From an uncultured delta proteobacterium (GTDB lineage: Bacteria; Myxococcota_A; Polyangia; Polyangiales; Polyangiaceae), in the NCBI GenBank assembly GCA_963839305.1, contig CAWIUL010000011.1, forward strand, positions 2,633,561 to 2,697,560: DNA of 64,000 bases. Direction: 5' to 3'. Positions 19,461 through 28,888 of the stretch are shown in pieces. Position 1 is the first letter of the stretch. The number at the start of each line of letters is the position of its first letter. Both the position numbers and the translations under genes were made by a program. The notes under the pieces are model-generated. The model searched no databases, was not told where the DNA came from, and worked only from the letters and a program-made list of their open reading frames with translations.

Positions 19461-19990
19461 GTCTTGACGCCTCCTCGCGCCGGCATCTTCACGGTCTGAT
19501 GAGCGGGATCGGGCGCCTTCGCCGTCGCTTCGCTCGGGGCGGGCTGCGCGACCTTCGCGCGTGACTTCTTGCGCGCGAGGATCGTCCCCACGAATTTGTC
19601 GTGGCCGATCTCTTCGACGGTCTTCACTGCGGCCTTCATCGGCGTCTCGCCGAGGCGCACGACGAGCACCGCGGTGTCCGCTCCCTTCGCGAGCGCGATC
19701 GAAGTCGGGTTCTGCTGGATGGACGCGAGCGCGATGATCACGCAGTCGCCCTTCTTCACGTGCTCGTCGATTTCCTTCTTGTGGTAGTCGACGAGGCGCA
19801 TCGTGATGTCGCGCAGATCGAGCACGACGGTGGGCTCGCCGCGGTATTGCCACGCGACCTCGGCGATCGCGCTCGCGACGTCGAGTGACGCGATTTGGCG
19901 CATCGTGGGTACGACGGCGAGCACGCGCCACGTCTTCTTCTGCAGCGCGAGCCAGAGGCTTTGGAGCTCGAATTCTGCTTCGGGGGTCAC
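19457..19990 (-). CDS. Degenerate BY-kinase-like (ParA/MinD-fold) domain protein lacking the Walker A motif.
   Basis: Fold-like pattern VLAVVPTMRQIASLDVASA...VVLDLRD in place of the PGEGKST P-loop. GTG start overlapping the GT2 stop. Lies between a GT2 and the PCP gene, the position typical for the Wzc kinase half. Confidence 0.55.
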   Translation of the reverse strand: MTPEAEFELQSLWLALQKKTWRVLAVVPTMRQIASLDVASAIAEVAWQYRGEPTVVLDLRDITMRLVDYHKKEIDEHVKKGDCVIIALASIQQNPTSIALAKGADTAVLVVRLGETPMKAAVKTVEEIGHDKFVGTILARKKSRAKVAQPAPSEATAKAPDPAHQTVKMPARGGVKT

Positions 19991-21198
19991 TTCGCGGCCT
20001 TCTCCCTCGTCGTACGAACCCACGTGCTCGGTCGGTCCGACGCGGCCAGTCCGAGCTTCCAGACGACGTACACCGGCGCCCACGCGAGGTCGAGCGCTGC
20101 CCGCGGCCCGAGCCGCGTGAGCTGAACACCACGGAAGACGTACGCGCCGACCATGGCGCCCGCGACGGTCCACGGGATCCACGCGACCGGGCGCGAGCCG
20201 GTCGCGATCGCGAGGGCTGCCGTGATCGCGGACGCGCCGAGGCCGAGTACGATCGAAACACCGAGCTTCGAGAGCGGCGGCGTCAGGAGATCGGCGCCGA
20301 GGTCGAACAGCATCGCGTTGCGCTCGACGATACCGCGCTTCAAGAGGCGCCAGCCGTGCTTGTCCGTGAGCTCGCGGCGGCCTTCTTCCCAGCGTTGCCG
20401 CTGCGAGCGCGCGGCCTTGCCCGTCGAGACCATCTCGCCGAGCACCGCGGCCTCGCCCACGTACGCGACGCGATGGCCCGCTTCGCCGAGGCGAATGCCG
20501 TACTCGACGTCCTCGACGATCGAGAACGCGTCGTGAGGGACCTCTCGGAGGACGCTGCACGCGAAGCCCATCCCGTTTCCGCGCAGGCCGCACGAGACAC
20601 CGAGTCGCTCGCGCGCGTTCGAGCGCACCACGTGGAAGAGCGACATCGCGATGACCATGAGCCGCGTGCGCCAAGAGGCCTCCGGGTTTCGCACGCCGTA
20701 CTCGGCTTGCACGGCGACCTCGCCCGCGGAGAAGCGCGCGGCGAACGCCATGAGCAGGTTCTTCGTGACGCGCGTGTCAGCGTCGACCACGACGACGGCG
20801 TCGGCGTGACCTCGAGCGAGCGCCTCTTCGAACGCGCGCGCGAGCGCGTAGCCTTTGCCGCGTTTCTCCGCGTCGACGCGCTCGATCACCTCGGCGCCAG
20901 CCGCTCGTGCGCGAGACGCGGTGGCGTCGCTGCAGTTGTCCGCGACGACCACGACGCGAAAGCGATCGCGCGGATAGTCCACGGCGAGCAGGCTCGCGAC
21001 GGTCTCGGCGATGTTCGCCTCCTCGTCGTGCGCGGGGACGATCACGTCGAAGTACGGGCGCTTGCCGTTCGCCTTGGGCGCCGCCTTCGGCTTCGACAGC
21101 GCGGTGAGCGCGCCGAGGTAGCCGGACGCGGCGAGCGTGGGGAGTGACGCCGCGGCTACCGCGCCGTCGAGGAGCCGAAAGGCGGTCCGGAGTCTCAC
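19987..21198 (-). CDS. Family 2 glycosyltransferase, membrane-anchored.
   Basis: DVIVPAHDEE, VVVADNCSD, VVVDAD, QRQRWEEG (QxxRW), C-terminal TM helices. GTG at 21198 overlaps the PCP stop. An alternative ATG lies at 21249. Confidence 0.8.
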   Translation of the reverse strand: MRLRTAFRLLDGAVAAASLPTLAASGYLGALTALSKPKAAPKANGKRPYFDVIVPAHDEEANIAETVASLLAVDYPRDRFRVVVVADNCSDATASRARAAGAEVIERVDAEKRGKGYALARAFEEALARGHADAVVVVDADTRVTKNLLMAFAARFSAGEVAVQAEYGVRNPEASWRTRLMVIAMSLFHVVRSNARERLGVSCGLRGNGMGFACSVLREVPHDAFSIVEDVEYGIRLGEAGHRVAYVGEAAVLGEMVSTGKAARSQRQRWEEGRRELTDKHGWRLLKRGIVERNAMLFDLGADLLTPPLSKLGVSIVLGLGASAITAALAIATGSRPVAWIPWTVAGAMVGAYVFRGVQLTRLGPRAALDLAWAPVYVVWKLGLAASDRPSTWVRTTREKAAK

Positions 21199-22676
21199 GT
21201 CTCGAGCTCCCCCAGGATCGGCAACTTGAGCTTCCGCTCGACCTGCCACGGTTCGACGATGACCCCGAGGCGCCGCTCGCGCAGCACGACGCCGCCGAAC
21301 GCGAAGACGAAGATCGCGAACGCGATGCCCAAGAAGAGCGCGATCGGGTTGGGGTTACGCGGGCGCCTCGTGACCTCGGCGGGGTGGACGATGCTGAAGC
21401 GGTATTTGTGCGCCGTCTTCGCGATGTCGAGCTCGATCTGCGCGCCGTCGATGCGGTTCTCGAGATCCGCGTATTTCTGGGCGCATTGCTGCAATTTCAT
21501 CTGCGCGACGGTGACCGCGGGATCCTCCTCCATGATGAGCCGCGAGCTCGGCGAACCCGTGAGCGCGGCGATCGTCGCGGCGGACGAGTGCGTCGTCGAC
21601 GCCGCGGCGATCGCGGTCGCGAGCGGCGGCGCGTTCACGGCCACCTTGTCGATGAGCGCGCGCTCCTCGTTGCGCAGGCGCGCGAGGTCCGGCGGCTCGG
21701 CCTGAGCCTCCACGAGCTTCTGCTTGAGCGCGACGACCGTCGGGTGCTCGGGCCTGTACTGAACGAGCGCGTCCGAGAGCTGCTTGTTCAGCTCGTTGAT
21801 GCGCTGCGTGCGCTGCGACTCGACCTGTTGGATCTCGTTGCGCTTGTCCTGGAGCGCTTGGAGGAGCGCGGGATCGACGGCCGGCGCGTTGGCGCTTGCC
21901 TTCGGCGCGGGCGGCGCCATGAAGCGCGGCTGAGCGACCGCGTTGTTCGCCTTCGCCGCCGGTTTCTTCTTCATCTCCAGCGACTCGAACTCGTCGCGCG
22001 CCTCGTCGAAATGCGACTTCTCCTCTTTCGCGTGCTGCTGCAGAATGTCGATCGCGTCGTTGATGACGCTGATCTCCGCGTCGTAGCGCGCGTCGATGAA
22101 GTTCTTCTCGACCGCGGAAGCGAGGTCATACGCCATCTGCGCGTCGGTCCACTCCGCGGTGATCGTGATCGTCGTGTCGTCGCTCGTGACGGTGAGCCGC
22201 TTCTCGAGCACTCCTTCGATCGCTCGCATCCGGTCTTGCTCATCCGGCCGTCCCGCGAGCTTCTCGGTGACGCGATCCCTCCAACGGAGGAGGGTCGGCC
22301 GCGACCCCGCCCACCGGTCGACGAGGTTCACTTGCTTGATGAGCCCGACGAGGTTGTCGTGCTGGAGGATCGTGTCGCCGACGTTCTTCGTGGGGTTGTC
22401 GGCCTCGCGCGGGACGGTGCGGTTCGGGTTTCCGAGCGCGGGGAGCACCAGGTTGCGCTGCGCGAGGATTTTCACCTCGGTCGAATACGTCCGCGGGTAG
22501 AGGACGAACAGCGCACCGCCCAGACCGAGCGACAGCACGAGGAGGGCGATGAACCTGTACGGGTTCCTCCTCGGAGCGCGCAGCACGTAGCCGACGAAGT
22601 CGGAGATGGCGTGTAGGTCAAGCCCCTCCTCTTCCTCCTCGTCTTCGTGCCGATTGTGATCTTCGCCTTTGGGCAT
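21195..22676 (-). CDS. Polysaccharide co-polymerase (Wzz/Wzc periplasmic domain) protein without a kinase domain.
   Basis: N- and C-terminal TM helices flank a long coiled-coil periplasmic region. Acidic N-terminus. Ends right after the second TM. Confidence 0.8.
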   Translation of the reverse strand: MPKGEDHNRHEDEEEEEGLDLHAISDFVGYVLRAPRRNPYRFIALLVLSLGLGGALFVLYPRTYSTEVKILAQRNLVLPALGNPNRTVPREADNPTKNVGDTILQHDNLVGLIKQVNLVDRWAGSRPTLLRWRDRVTEKLAGRPDEQDRMRAIEGVLEKRLTVTSDDTTITITAEWTDAQMAYDLASAVEKNFIDARYDAEISVINDAIDILQQHAKEEKSHFDEARDEFESLEMKKKPAAKANNAVAQPRFMAPPAPKASANAPAVDPALLQALQDKRNEIQQVESQRTQRINELNKQLSDALVQYRPEHPTVVALKQKLVEAQAEPPDLARLRNEERALIDKVAVNAPPLATAIAAASTTHSSAATIAALTGSPSSRLIMEEDPAVTVAQMKLQQCAQKYADLENRIDGAQIELDIAKTAHKYRFSIVHPAEVTRRPRNPNPIALFLGIAFAIFVFAFGGVVLRERRLGVIVEPWQVERKLKLPILGELET

Positions 22677-22742
22677 ACAGGCTCCAGTATATCAATGGTC
22701 GTGCCATGAGGCACTGCGGAGGCGTGGTATCGTGCCGGCTGA

Positions 22743-23159
22743 ATGTACGCCGCAGTCGGTTTCGACCTCGTCGACGTACGTGAGGTGCAAGACTCTATCG
22801 ATCGCTTCGGTGAGCGATACCTCACGCGCGTCTACACGCCAGCGGAGATTGAGTACGCGATGAGCGCGCCCGATCGCGCGACGGCAGCGCGCAGGCTGGG
22901 GGCGCGCTTCGCTGCCAAGGAAGCCACGATCAAAGCGCTCGGCGCGAGCGAGCGGGGCATTAGTCCTCGCGAGATCGAGGTCGCGAGGAGTGCTGACGGC
23001 GCGATCCGGATCATCTTGCACGGTCCGGCATTTGCTGCAGCTCGGGAAGTGGGTGCAACGGCGTTCGTCGTCAGTGTGTCGCATCAAGGCGATTTGGCGG
23101 GCGCAGTCGTAGTCATGGAGAAAAAGCCGACGAGTCGAATCAGGTGGAAGAAGAAATGA
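22743..23159 (+). CDS. 4'-phosphopantetheinyl transferase (AcpS-type).
   Basis: AVGFDLVDVREV...RF...EA..KA.G. AcpS-size (138 aa). Confidence 0.8.
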   Translation: MYAAVGFDLVDVREVQDSIDRFGERYLTRVYTPAEIEYAMSAPDRATAARRLGARFAAKEATIKALGASERGISPREIEVARSADGAIRIILHGPAFAAAREVGATAFVVSVSHQGDLAGAVVVMEKKPTSRIRWKKK

Positions 23160-23404
23160 ACGATCGCATTCGGACGATTTTGAAGGAACACGGACGCCTC
23201 GCTGTGGAAATATCGACACTCGCCGACGACGCGGACTTATACGAAGCGGGAATGACCTCGCACGCGAGCGTCAACGTGATGCTCGCCCTCGAAGGCGCGT
23301 TCGACGTGGAGTTCCCCGACCGCATGCTTCGGCGCGGCGTCTTCGAGAGCGTCGTGGCGATCGCCACCGCGCTGAACGAGCTCACCCAAGGGAAGGCATC
23401 ATGA
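23156..23404 (+). CDS. Acyl/aminoacyl carrier protein.
   Basis: About 82 aa with a four-helix pattern. Ser in DLYEAGMTSHASVNVMLALE. The ATG at 23156 overlaps the PPTase TGA. Confidence 0.75.
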   Translation: MNDRIRTILKEHGRLAVEISTLADDADLYEAGMTSHASVNVMLALEGAFDVEFPDRMLRRGVFESVVAIATALNELTQGKAS

Positions 23405-24561
23405 GCGAAACAGTCGAGCTGGTCGCGCGGATTGGCCGTGAGGTCGCCGCGCCGAACGCTGATTCAGTCGATCGAGAGGCCCGCTTTCCGACCGAAGCGA
23501 TCGACGCGCTGAAGAAGGCGAAGCTGATGAGCACGCTCGTGCCGCGCGCCCTCGGCGGTCACGGCACCGGGATGATCGAGCTCGCCGCGATGTGCGAGGC
23601 CCTCGGCCAGCACTGCGCGTCGACGGCGATGGTCTTCGCGATGCACCACATCCAAGTGGCGAGCATCCTCCGCCACGCGATGAAGCAGCCGTATTACGAG
23701 CGCTACGTCGCGGAGCTCGTCGAGAAGCAGCCGCTCATCGCGTCGGCGACGAGCGAGGTCGGCATCGGCGGCGAGATGCGGACGAGCCGCTGCGCCGTGG
23801 TCCGCGACGAGGACGCGCGGTTCAAGCTCGACAAGGACTGCTCGACGATCTCGTACGGCGCCCAGGCCGACGACATCTTGTTCCAGGCTCGGCGCGGGCC
23901 GGACTCGCCGCCGAACGATCAGATCTTCGTCCTCGTGCGAAAGCCCGAGTGCACGCTCACGCAGAAGGGCAACTGGGACACGCTCGGCATGCGCGGGACG
24001 TGCAGCCCGCCGTTCATGCTCGAATCGAGCGGCGAGGTCGGTCAGATCTTCGACACGCCGTTCTCCGACGTCGCGAGCGAGACGCAGGTGCCGTTCAGCC
24101 ACGTGCTCTGGTCGAACGTGTGGCTCGGGATCGCCACGGCCGCCGTCGGCCGGGCGCGCGCGTTCGTGAGGCAGCAAGCGCGCGCGAAGCCCGGCACCGT
24201 GCCGCCCACCGCGCTCCGCCTCGCGGAGGCCTCGAGCATGCTCCAGACGATGCGCACCAACGTGCACGACGTCGCGAGCGAGTGCGACCGCTTGATGCAC
24301 GACGACAAAGAGGGCACCGCCGCGCTCTCGTCGATCGGGTTCGCGCTCAAGATGAACAACCTGAAGGTGAGCTCGTCGCAGCTCGTCGTTCAGATCGTGA
24401 ACCATGCGCTCTCGATCTGCGGGATCATGGGCTACAAGAACGACTCGAAGGTGTCCGTCGGACGCCACCTGCGCGACGCGCACTCCGCCGCGCTCATGGT
24501 CGGAAATGACCGCATCTTCGCGACCAACGCGTCGATGCTCCTCGTTCTCAAAGACGATTGA
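23401..24561 (+). CDS. Acyl-CoA / acyl-ACP dehydrogenase family protein (FkbI-like).
   Basis: Full-length ACAD fold. ATGA overlap with the carrier-protein gene. Confidence 0.8.
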   Translation: MSETVELVARIGREVAAPNADSVDREARFPTEAIDALKKAKLMSTLVPRALGGHGTGMIELAAMCEALGQHCASTAMVFAMHHIQVASILRHAMKQPYYERYVAELVEKQPLIASATSEVGIGGEMRTSRCAVVRDEDARFKLDKDCSTISYGAQADDILFQARRGPDSPPNDQIFVLVRKPECTLTQKGNWDTLGMRGTCSPPFMLESSGEVGQIFDTPFSDVASETQVPFSHVLWSNVWLGIATAAVGRARAFVRQQARAKPGTVPPTALRLAEASSMLQTMRTNVHDVASECDRLMHDDKEGTAALSSIGFALKMNNLKVSSSQLVVQIVNHALSICGIMGYKNDSKVSVGRHLRDAHSAALMVGNDRIFATNASMLLVLKDD

Positions 24562-24569
24562 GGCAAACC

Positions 24570-25475
24570 ATGTCGTACTCGCCGCAGGAGCTCTACGAAG
24601 GGCTCGTCTCGAACAGGTTGATCATCCCCGTCGGCGTGCAGGGCATCTTCGGGCGCGGCCCGGTGTTCGAGGAAGTCCTCGCGCGGTTCGACGACTACGT
24701 CTCGCGCGTCGCGAAGGACGACGGCGCGGAGAAGATGATGTTCCCGCCCACGCTCGACCGAAGGGTGTTCGAGAAGGTCGAGTACATGGACTCGTTCCCG
24801 CATTTGTCGGGCGTGATCTTCTCGTTCAAGGGGACCGAGCGTCAGGCGCTCGAGCTCGGCGCGAAGATCCACGCGGGCGAAAACTGGGACGGGCTCATGG
24901 CGTCGACGGAGTGCGTGCTCACGCCGGCCGCTTGTTATCCGGTCTATCCGAGCTTCGCGGGGACGGTGCCCGAGCAAGGTCGGCTCGTCGACATGCAAAA
25001 CTGGGTGTTCCGTCACGAGCCCTCGCCCGAGCCGACGCGCATGCAGGCGTTCCGCGTTCGCGAGTTCGTCCGCGTGGGAACGCCCGACGTGGTCCTCGCG
25101 TGGCGCGACATGTGGCTCGAGCGCGGGCTTCAAATCATGAAGTCGCTCGGGCTGCCCGCGAAGAGCGACGTCGCGAGCGATCCGTTCTTCGGCCGCGGCG
25201 GCAAGATGCTCGCTGCGAACCAGAAGAACGCGCGGCTCAAGTTCGAGGTGCTCGTGCCCGTCATCTCCGAGGAGAACCCGACGGCGCTCTGCTCGTTCAA
25301 CTGGCACCAAGAGCACTTCGGTCAGGTGTTCGACATCAAGACGACGGACGGCGCCGTCGCCAACACCGCGTGCCTCGGCTTCGGCATGGAGCGCGTGTGC
25401 ATGGCGCTCTTCAAGCACCACGGGTTCGATCCCGCGAAGTGGCCAGCCGAGGTGCGCGCGAAGCTCTGGCCATGA
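24570..25475 (+). CDS. Amino acid--[carrier protein] ligase: truncated class-II aaRS (atypical SerRS-like) catalytic core.
   Basis: Class II motif 2 (FRVREFVRVGT) and motif 3 (GFGMERVCMALF). Cys residues (ACYPVYP) resemble the Zn site of methanogen-type SerRS. No tRNA-binding domain. About 300 aa. Adjacent to the carrier protein and the PPTase. RBS GAGG upstream of the ATG at 24570. The track ORF begins with TTG at 24558. Confidence 0.7.
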   Translation: MSYSPQELYEGLVSNRLIIPVGVQGIFGRGPVFEEVLARFDDYVSRVAKDDGAEKMMFPPTLDRRVFEKVEYMDSFPHLSGVIFSFKGTERQALELGAKIHAGENWDGLMASTECVLTPAACYPVYPSFAGTVPEQGRLVDMQNWVFRHEPSPEPTRMQAFRVREFVRVGTPDVVLAWRDMWLERGLQIMKSLGLPAKSDVASDPFFGRGGKMLAANQKNARLKFEVLVPVISEENPTALCSFNWHQEHFGQVFDIKTTDGAVANTACLGFGMERVCMALFKHHGFDPAKWPAEVRAKLWP

Positions 25476-26461
25476 GCGCCATCGTCCACGCCCTGCCGCG
25501 CATCGACGCGTCCACGTACGCGCCCCACGAGCTCCATCGCGGCGAGCGCGCCTGGGGCGAGTCGAACTGTTACATCGACGTGTGGATCGAGGTGCTGAAC
25601 GCGCTCGGGTGCGATCCGCACGCGTGCCTCTCGTTCGTGACGAGCCTCGACTGGGAGGGCGATCAGTTCACGTTCTTCAAGCCGCCGCACGAGGATCTCT
25701 ACGAGCTCTACGGCGTCGACATCCAGGAGCTCACGATCTACAGGCCGCTCGTCGAGAACGCGATCGAGCAGCTGAAACAGGGCAAAATCGTGCTCTCCGA
25801 GATCGACGCGTACTACCTGCCGGACACCGCGGGCACGGACTATCGCGCGCAGCACACGAAGACGACGATCGGGATCCAGGAGATCGATCTCGAGGCGCGC
25901 ACGCTCGGGTACTTCCACAACTCGAGCTACCACGTGCTCGAAGGCGCGGACTTCGTCGGGCTCTTTCGGCTCGACGCGGCGCCTGACCCGACCTTCATGC
26001 CGTTCTTCGCCGAGCTCGTGCGGACGAAGCGCGTCGTGCGCCACGAGCCGCGCGCGCTCGTCTCGCGCTCGGTCGCGCTCTTGAAGAAGCACCTCGCGCG
26101 GAGGCCCGACCAAAACCCGATCCCGCGCTTCGCGGAGACGTTCAAGGCAGACATCGAGCGCCTCAAAAGCGAGGGGCTCGCCGCGTATCACCTCTACGCG
26201 TTCGCCACGATTCGCCAGCTCGGCGCGGCGTTCGAGTTCGCCGCGCTCTACCTCCGCTGGCTCGAGCGAAACGGCGAGGGCGATCTCGAGCCCAGCGCGC
26301 TCGCGTTCGACGCGATCTCGAGCGTGTCCAAATCGCTCGTGTTGAAGGCCGCGCGCGCCGTGGGCGCCAAGAAGGACGTGGACCTTTCGTCGATGCTGCA
26401 CGAGATCGAGTCGCAGTGGACGAGCGGGATGACGCACCTCGCGAAGCGGTACGGCGTGTGA
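25472..26461 (+). CDS. Conserved hypothetical protein (329 aa), co-transcribed with the aa:CP ligase.
   Basis: ATGA overlap with the ligase stop. No motif recognised. Confidence 0.6.
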   Translation: MSAIVHALPRIDASTYAPHELHRGERAWGESNCYIDVWIEVLNALGCDPHACLSFVTSLDWEGDQFTFFKPPHEDLYELYGVDIQELTIYRPLVENAIEQLKQGKIVLSEIDAYYLPDTAGTDYRAQHTKTTIGIQEIDLEARTLGYFHNSSYHVLEGADFVGLFRLDAAPDPTFMPFFAELVRTKRVVRHEPRALVSRSVALLKKHLARRPDQNPIPRFAETFKADIERLKSEGLAAYHLYAFATIRQLGAAFEFAALYLRWLERNGEGDLEPSALAFDAISSVSKSLVLKAARAVGAKKDVDLSSMLHEIESQWTSGMTHLAKRYGV

Positions 26462-26462
26462 G

Positions 26463-28857
26463 ATGAGGCTCGACGAGGGGTGGGAGATGGCGCTCGGAGC
26501 GCCCGTGGCTTGGAGACCGATCCCACGCGAGCGATTCGGCACCGTCGCGCGCGTCCTCGGAACGACCCTCGACGGCGACGTGACCGATTTCGACGCGACC
26601 GAGGTTTGGTATCGCAAGCGGCTCGCGCCCGGCGAGACGGGCGATCTCCTGAGGCTCGGCGGTCTCGCGACGCTCTGCGACGTGCGCGTCGACGGCGAAG
26701 AGGTGCTCCGCACGGACAACATGTTCGTGGAGCACGAGCTCACCGTCGCGCGACCCGCGCGAGATCGAGCTTCACTTTGCGCCGCTCGCGAAGGCGCTCG
26801 CCGAGCGTCGTCCGCGCCCGCGGTGGAGGGCGACGATCGTGGCGCAGCAGCAGCTCCGGTGGTTTCGCACGAGCCTGCTCGGGCGGATCCCGGCGTGGAC
26901 TCCGCCGATCGCGCCGGTGGGACCGTGGCGGCCCATCACGCTGGAAAGGGCGTCGCCCATCGCCGCGCACGACCTCAAGACGCGACTCGAAGGGCGCGAC
27001 GGCGTGGTCGAGGCCACGATCGCGCTGCGAGGCGACGTGAAGACCGTCGAGCTCGCCGTGGGCGAGCATCGCGCGACCCTCGAGGTCGACGGCGTCGCGC
27101 GCGGCACGCTGCGCGTCCCGAACGCGCCGCTCTGGTGGCCGCACACGCACGGTGCGCAGCCCCTCCTTCCGGTGCGCGCGCGGGTCGACGGAGCCGACTT
27201 CGAGCTCGGCGCGACCGGGTTTCGCAAGCTCGACGTCGATCAGCAGGGCGGCGCGTTCACGCTGCACGTCAACGGCGTTCGCGTCTTCGCGCGCGGCGCG
27301 TGCTGGACGCCGCTCGACCCGATCGGCCTCGGCGCCACGAAGGCCGAGCTCCGCGCTGCGCTGACGCAGGTGAAGCGCGCGGGGATGAACATGGTCCGCC
27401 TCTCGGGGACGATGGTCTACGAGTCGCGAGACTTCCACGAGCTGTGCGACGAGCTCGGGATCCTCGTCTGGCAGGACTTCATGTTCGCGAACATGGACTA
27501 TCCGATCGCGGACGAGCGCTTCGCCGCGTCCGTGCGCCGCGAAGCGACGCAGGCGATGTCGCGTCTTCAGCTCTCACCGAGCCTCGTCGTGTGCTGCGGC
27601 GGAAGCGAGGTCGAGCAGCAAGCGGCGATGATGGGGCTGCCCGAGAAGGACTGGTCGAGCCCGCTCTTCGCGGAGGTCTTGCCGGGGATCGTGCGCGAGG
27701 CGCGCCCCGACGTCGCGTACGTGCGCTCGACCCCCGCCTCGCATTTGGGGGGCGGCGTCCTGCCTTTTCACGTCGATCGCGGCGTGTCGCATTATTACGG
27801 CGTCGGCGCGTACCTTCGCGATTTCGACGACGCGCGGCGCGCGCGCGTGCGCTTCACGTCCGAGTGCCTCGCGTTCGCGAACGTGCCGCGCGACGAGACT
27901 ATCGAGGCGCTCATGCGCGACGGTGAGTCGCCTCCGAACCACCCGCGCTGGAAGAGCCGCGTGCCGCGCGACCGCGGCACGCCGTGGGACTTCGACGACG
28001 TGCGCGATCACTACGTGAAGGAGATCTTCGGCGTCGATCCACGCGCGCTCCTCTTCGGCGACGGCGCGCGGTACCTCGAGCTCGGGCGCGTCGCGACGGG
28101 CGAGGCGATGGCCGCGGCCATGAGCGAATGGCGTCGCGCGGGGTCCGAGTGCGCGGGCGCGCTCGTGTGGTTCCTGCGCGATCTGTGGGACGGCGCGGGT
28201 TGGGGCGTCATCGACGCGCGCGGCGCGCCCAAGGCGGCGTACCACCACTTGAAGCGCGTCCTCGCGCCCGTCGCGCTGCTCGCGATCGACGAAGGGCTCA
28301 ACGGGCTCGCGCTCCACGCGGTGAACGACGCGCCGAGCGCGATCGACGCGGAGCTCCGCGTCGCGCTTCATCGTGGCGAGGGGATCGTCGCCGAGGGCAC
28401 GCGCGCCGTCGCGCTCGGAGCGCACGACGCCATCGCCGTCTCCGCGGACGAGGTCATCGGCCGCTTCACGGACGTCACCTACGCGTATCGCTTCGGGCCG
28501 CGCGGTCACGACGCCACGCTCGCGACGCTTCGCGATCGCGCGAGCGGCGCGCTCCTCGGGCGCGCGTTTCATTTCCCGCGCGGCGCTCGCGCAGAGCGCG
28601 CGAGCGATCTCGGCCTCGAGGCACGCGCCGAACGCGTCGACGAGGGCTCGTGGAGGCTCACGGTGCGCACGAAGAAGGTCGCGTACGCGGTCGCCATCGA
28701 CGCGCGCGGATTCGTCGCCGACGACGACTTCTTCCACGTGGCGCCCGGCGACACTGGCGCGTTCTCGACCGTGCTCACGGGGCGAGGCGACACGATCTCG
28801 GGGACGGTTAAGGCGCTCAACGCCACGACGCCGACGAAGATCGTTTGCGCGCGTTGA
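26463..28857 (+). pseudogene. Glycoside hydrolase family 2 (beta-mannosidase-like), reading frame broken near 26750. Pseudogene or sequencing indel.
   Basis: The N-terminal sugar-binding domain is in frame 26463 (…TDNMFVEHELTVA). The rest is in the frame of ORF 26839..28857 (…REIELHFAPL…, GH2 TIM-barrel). The switch falls within about 26745-26760. Confidence 0.65.
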
Positions 28858-28888
28858 CAGCTCGAGTTTCCGTAGTCACGCCATATGA

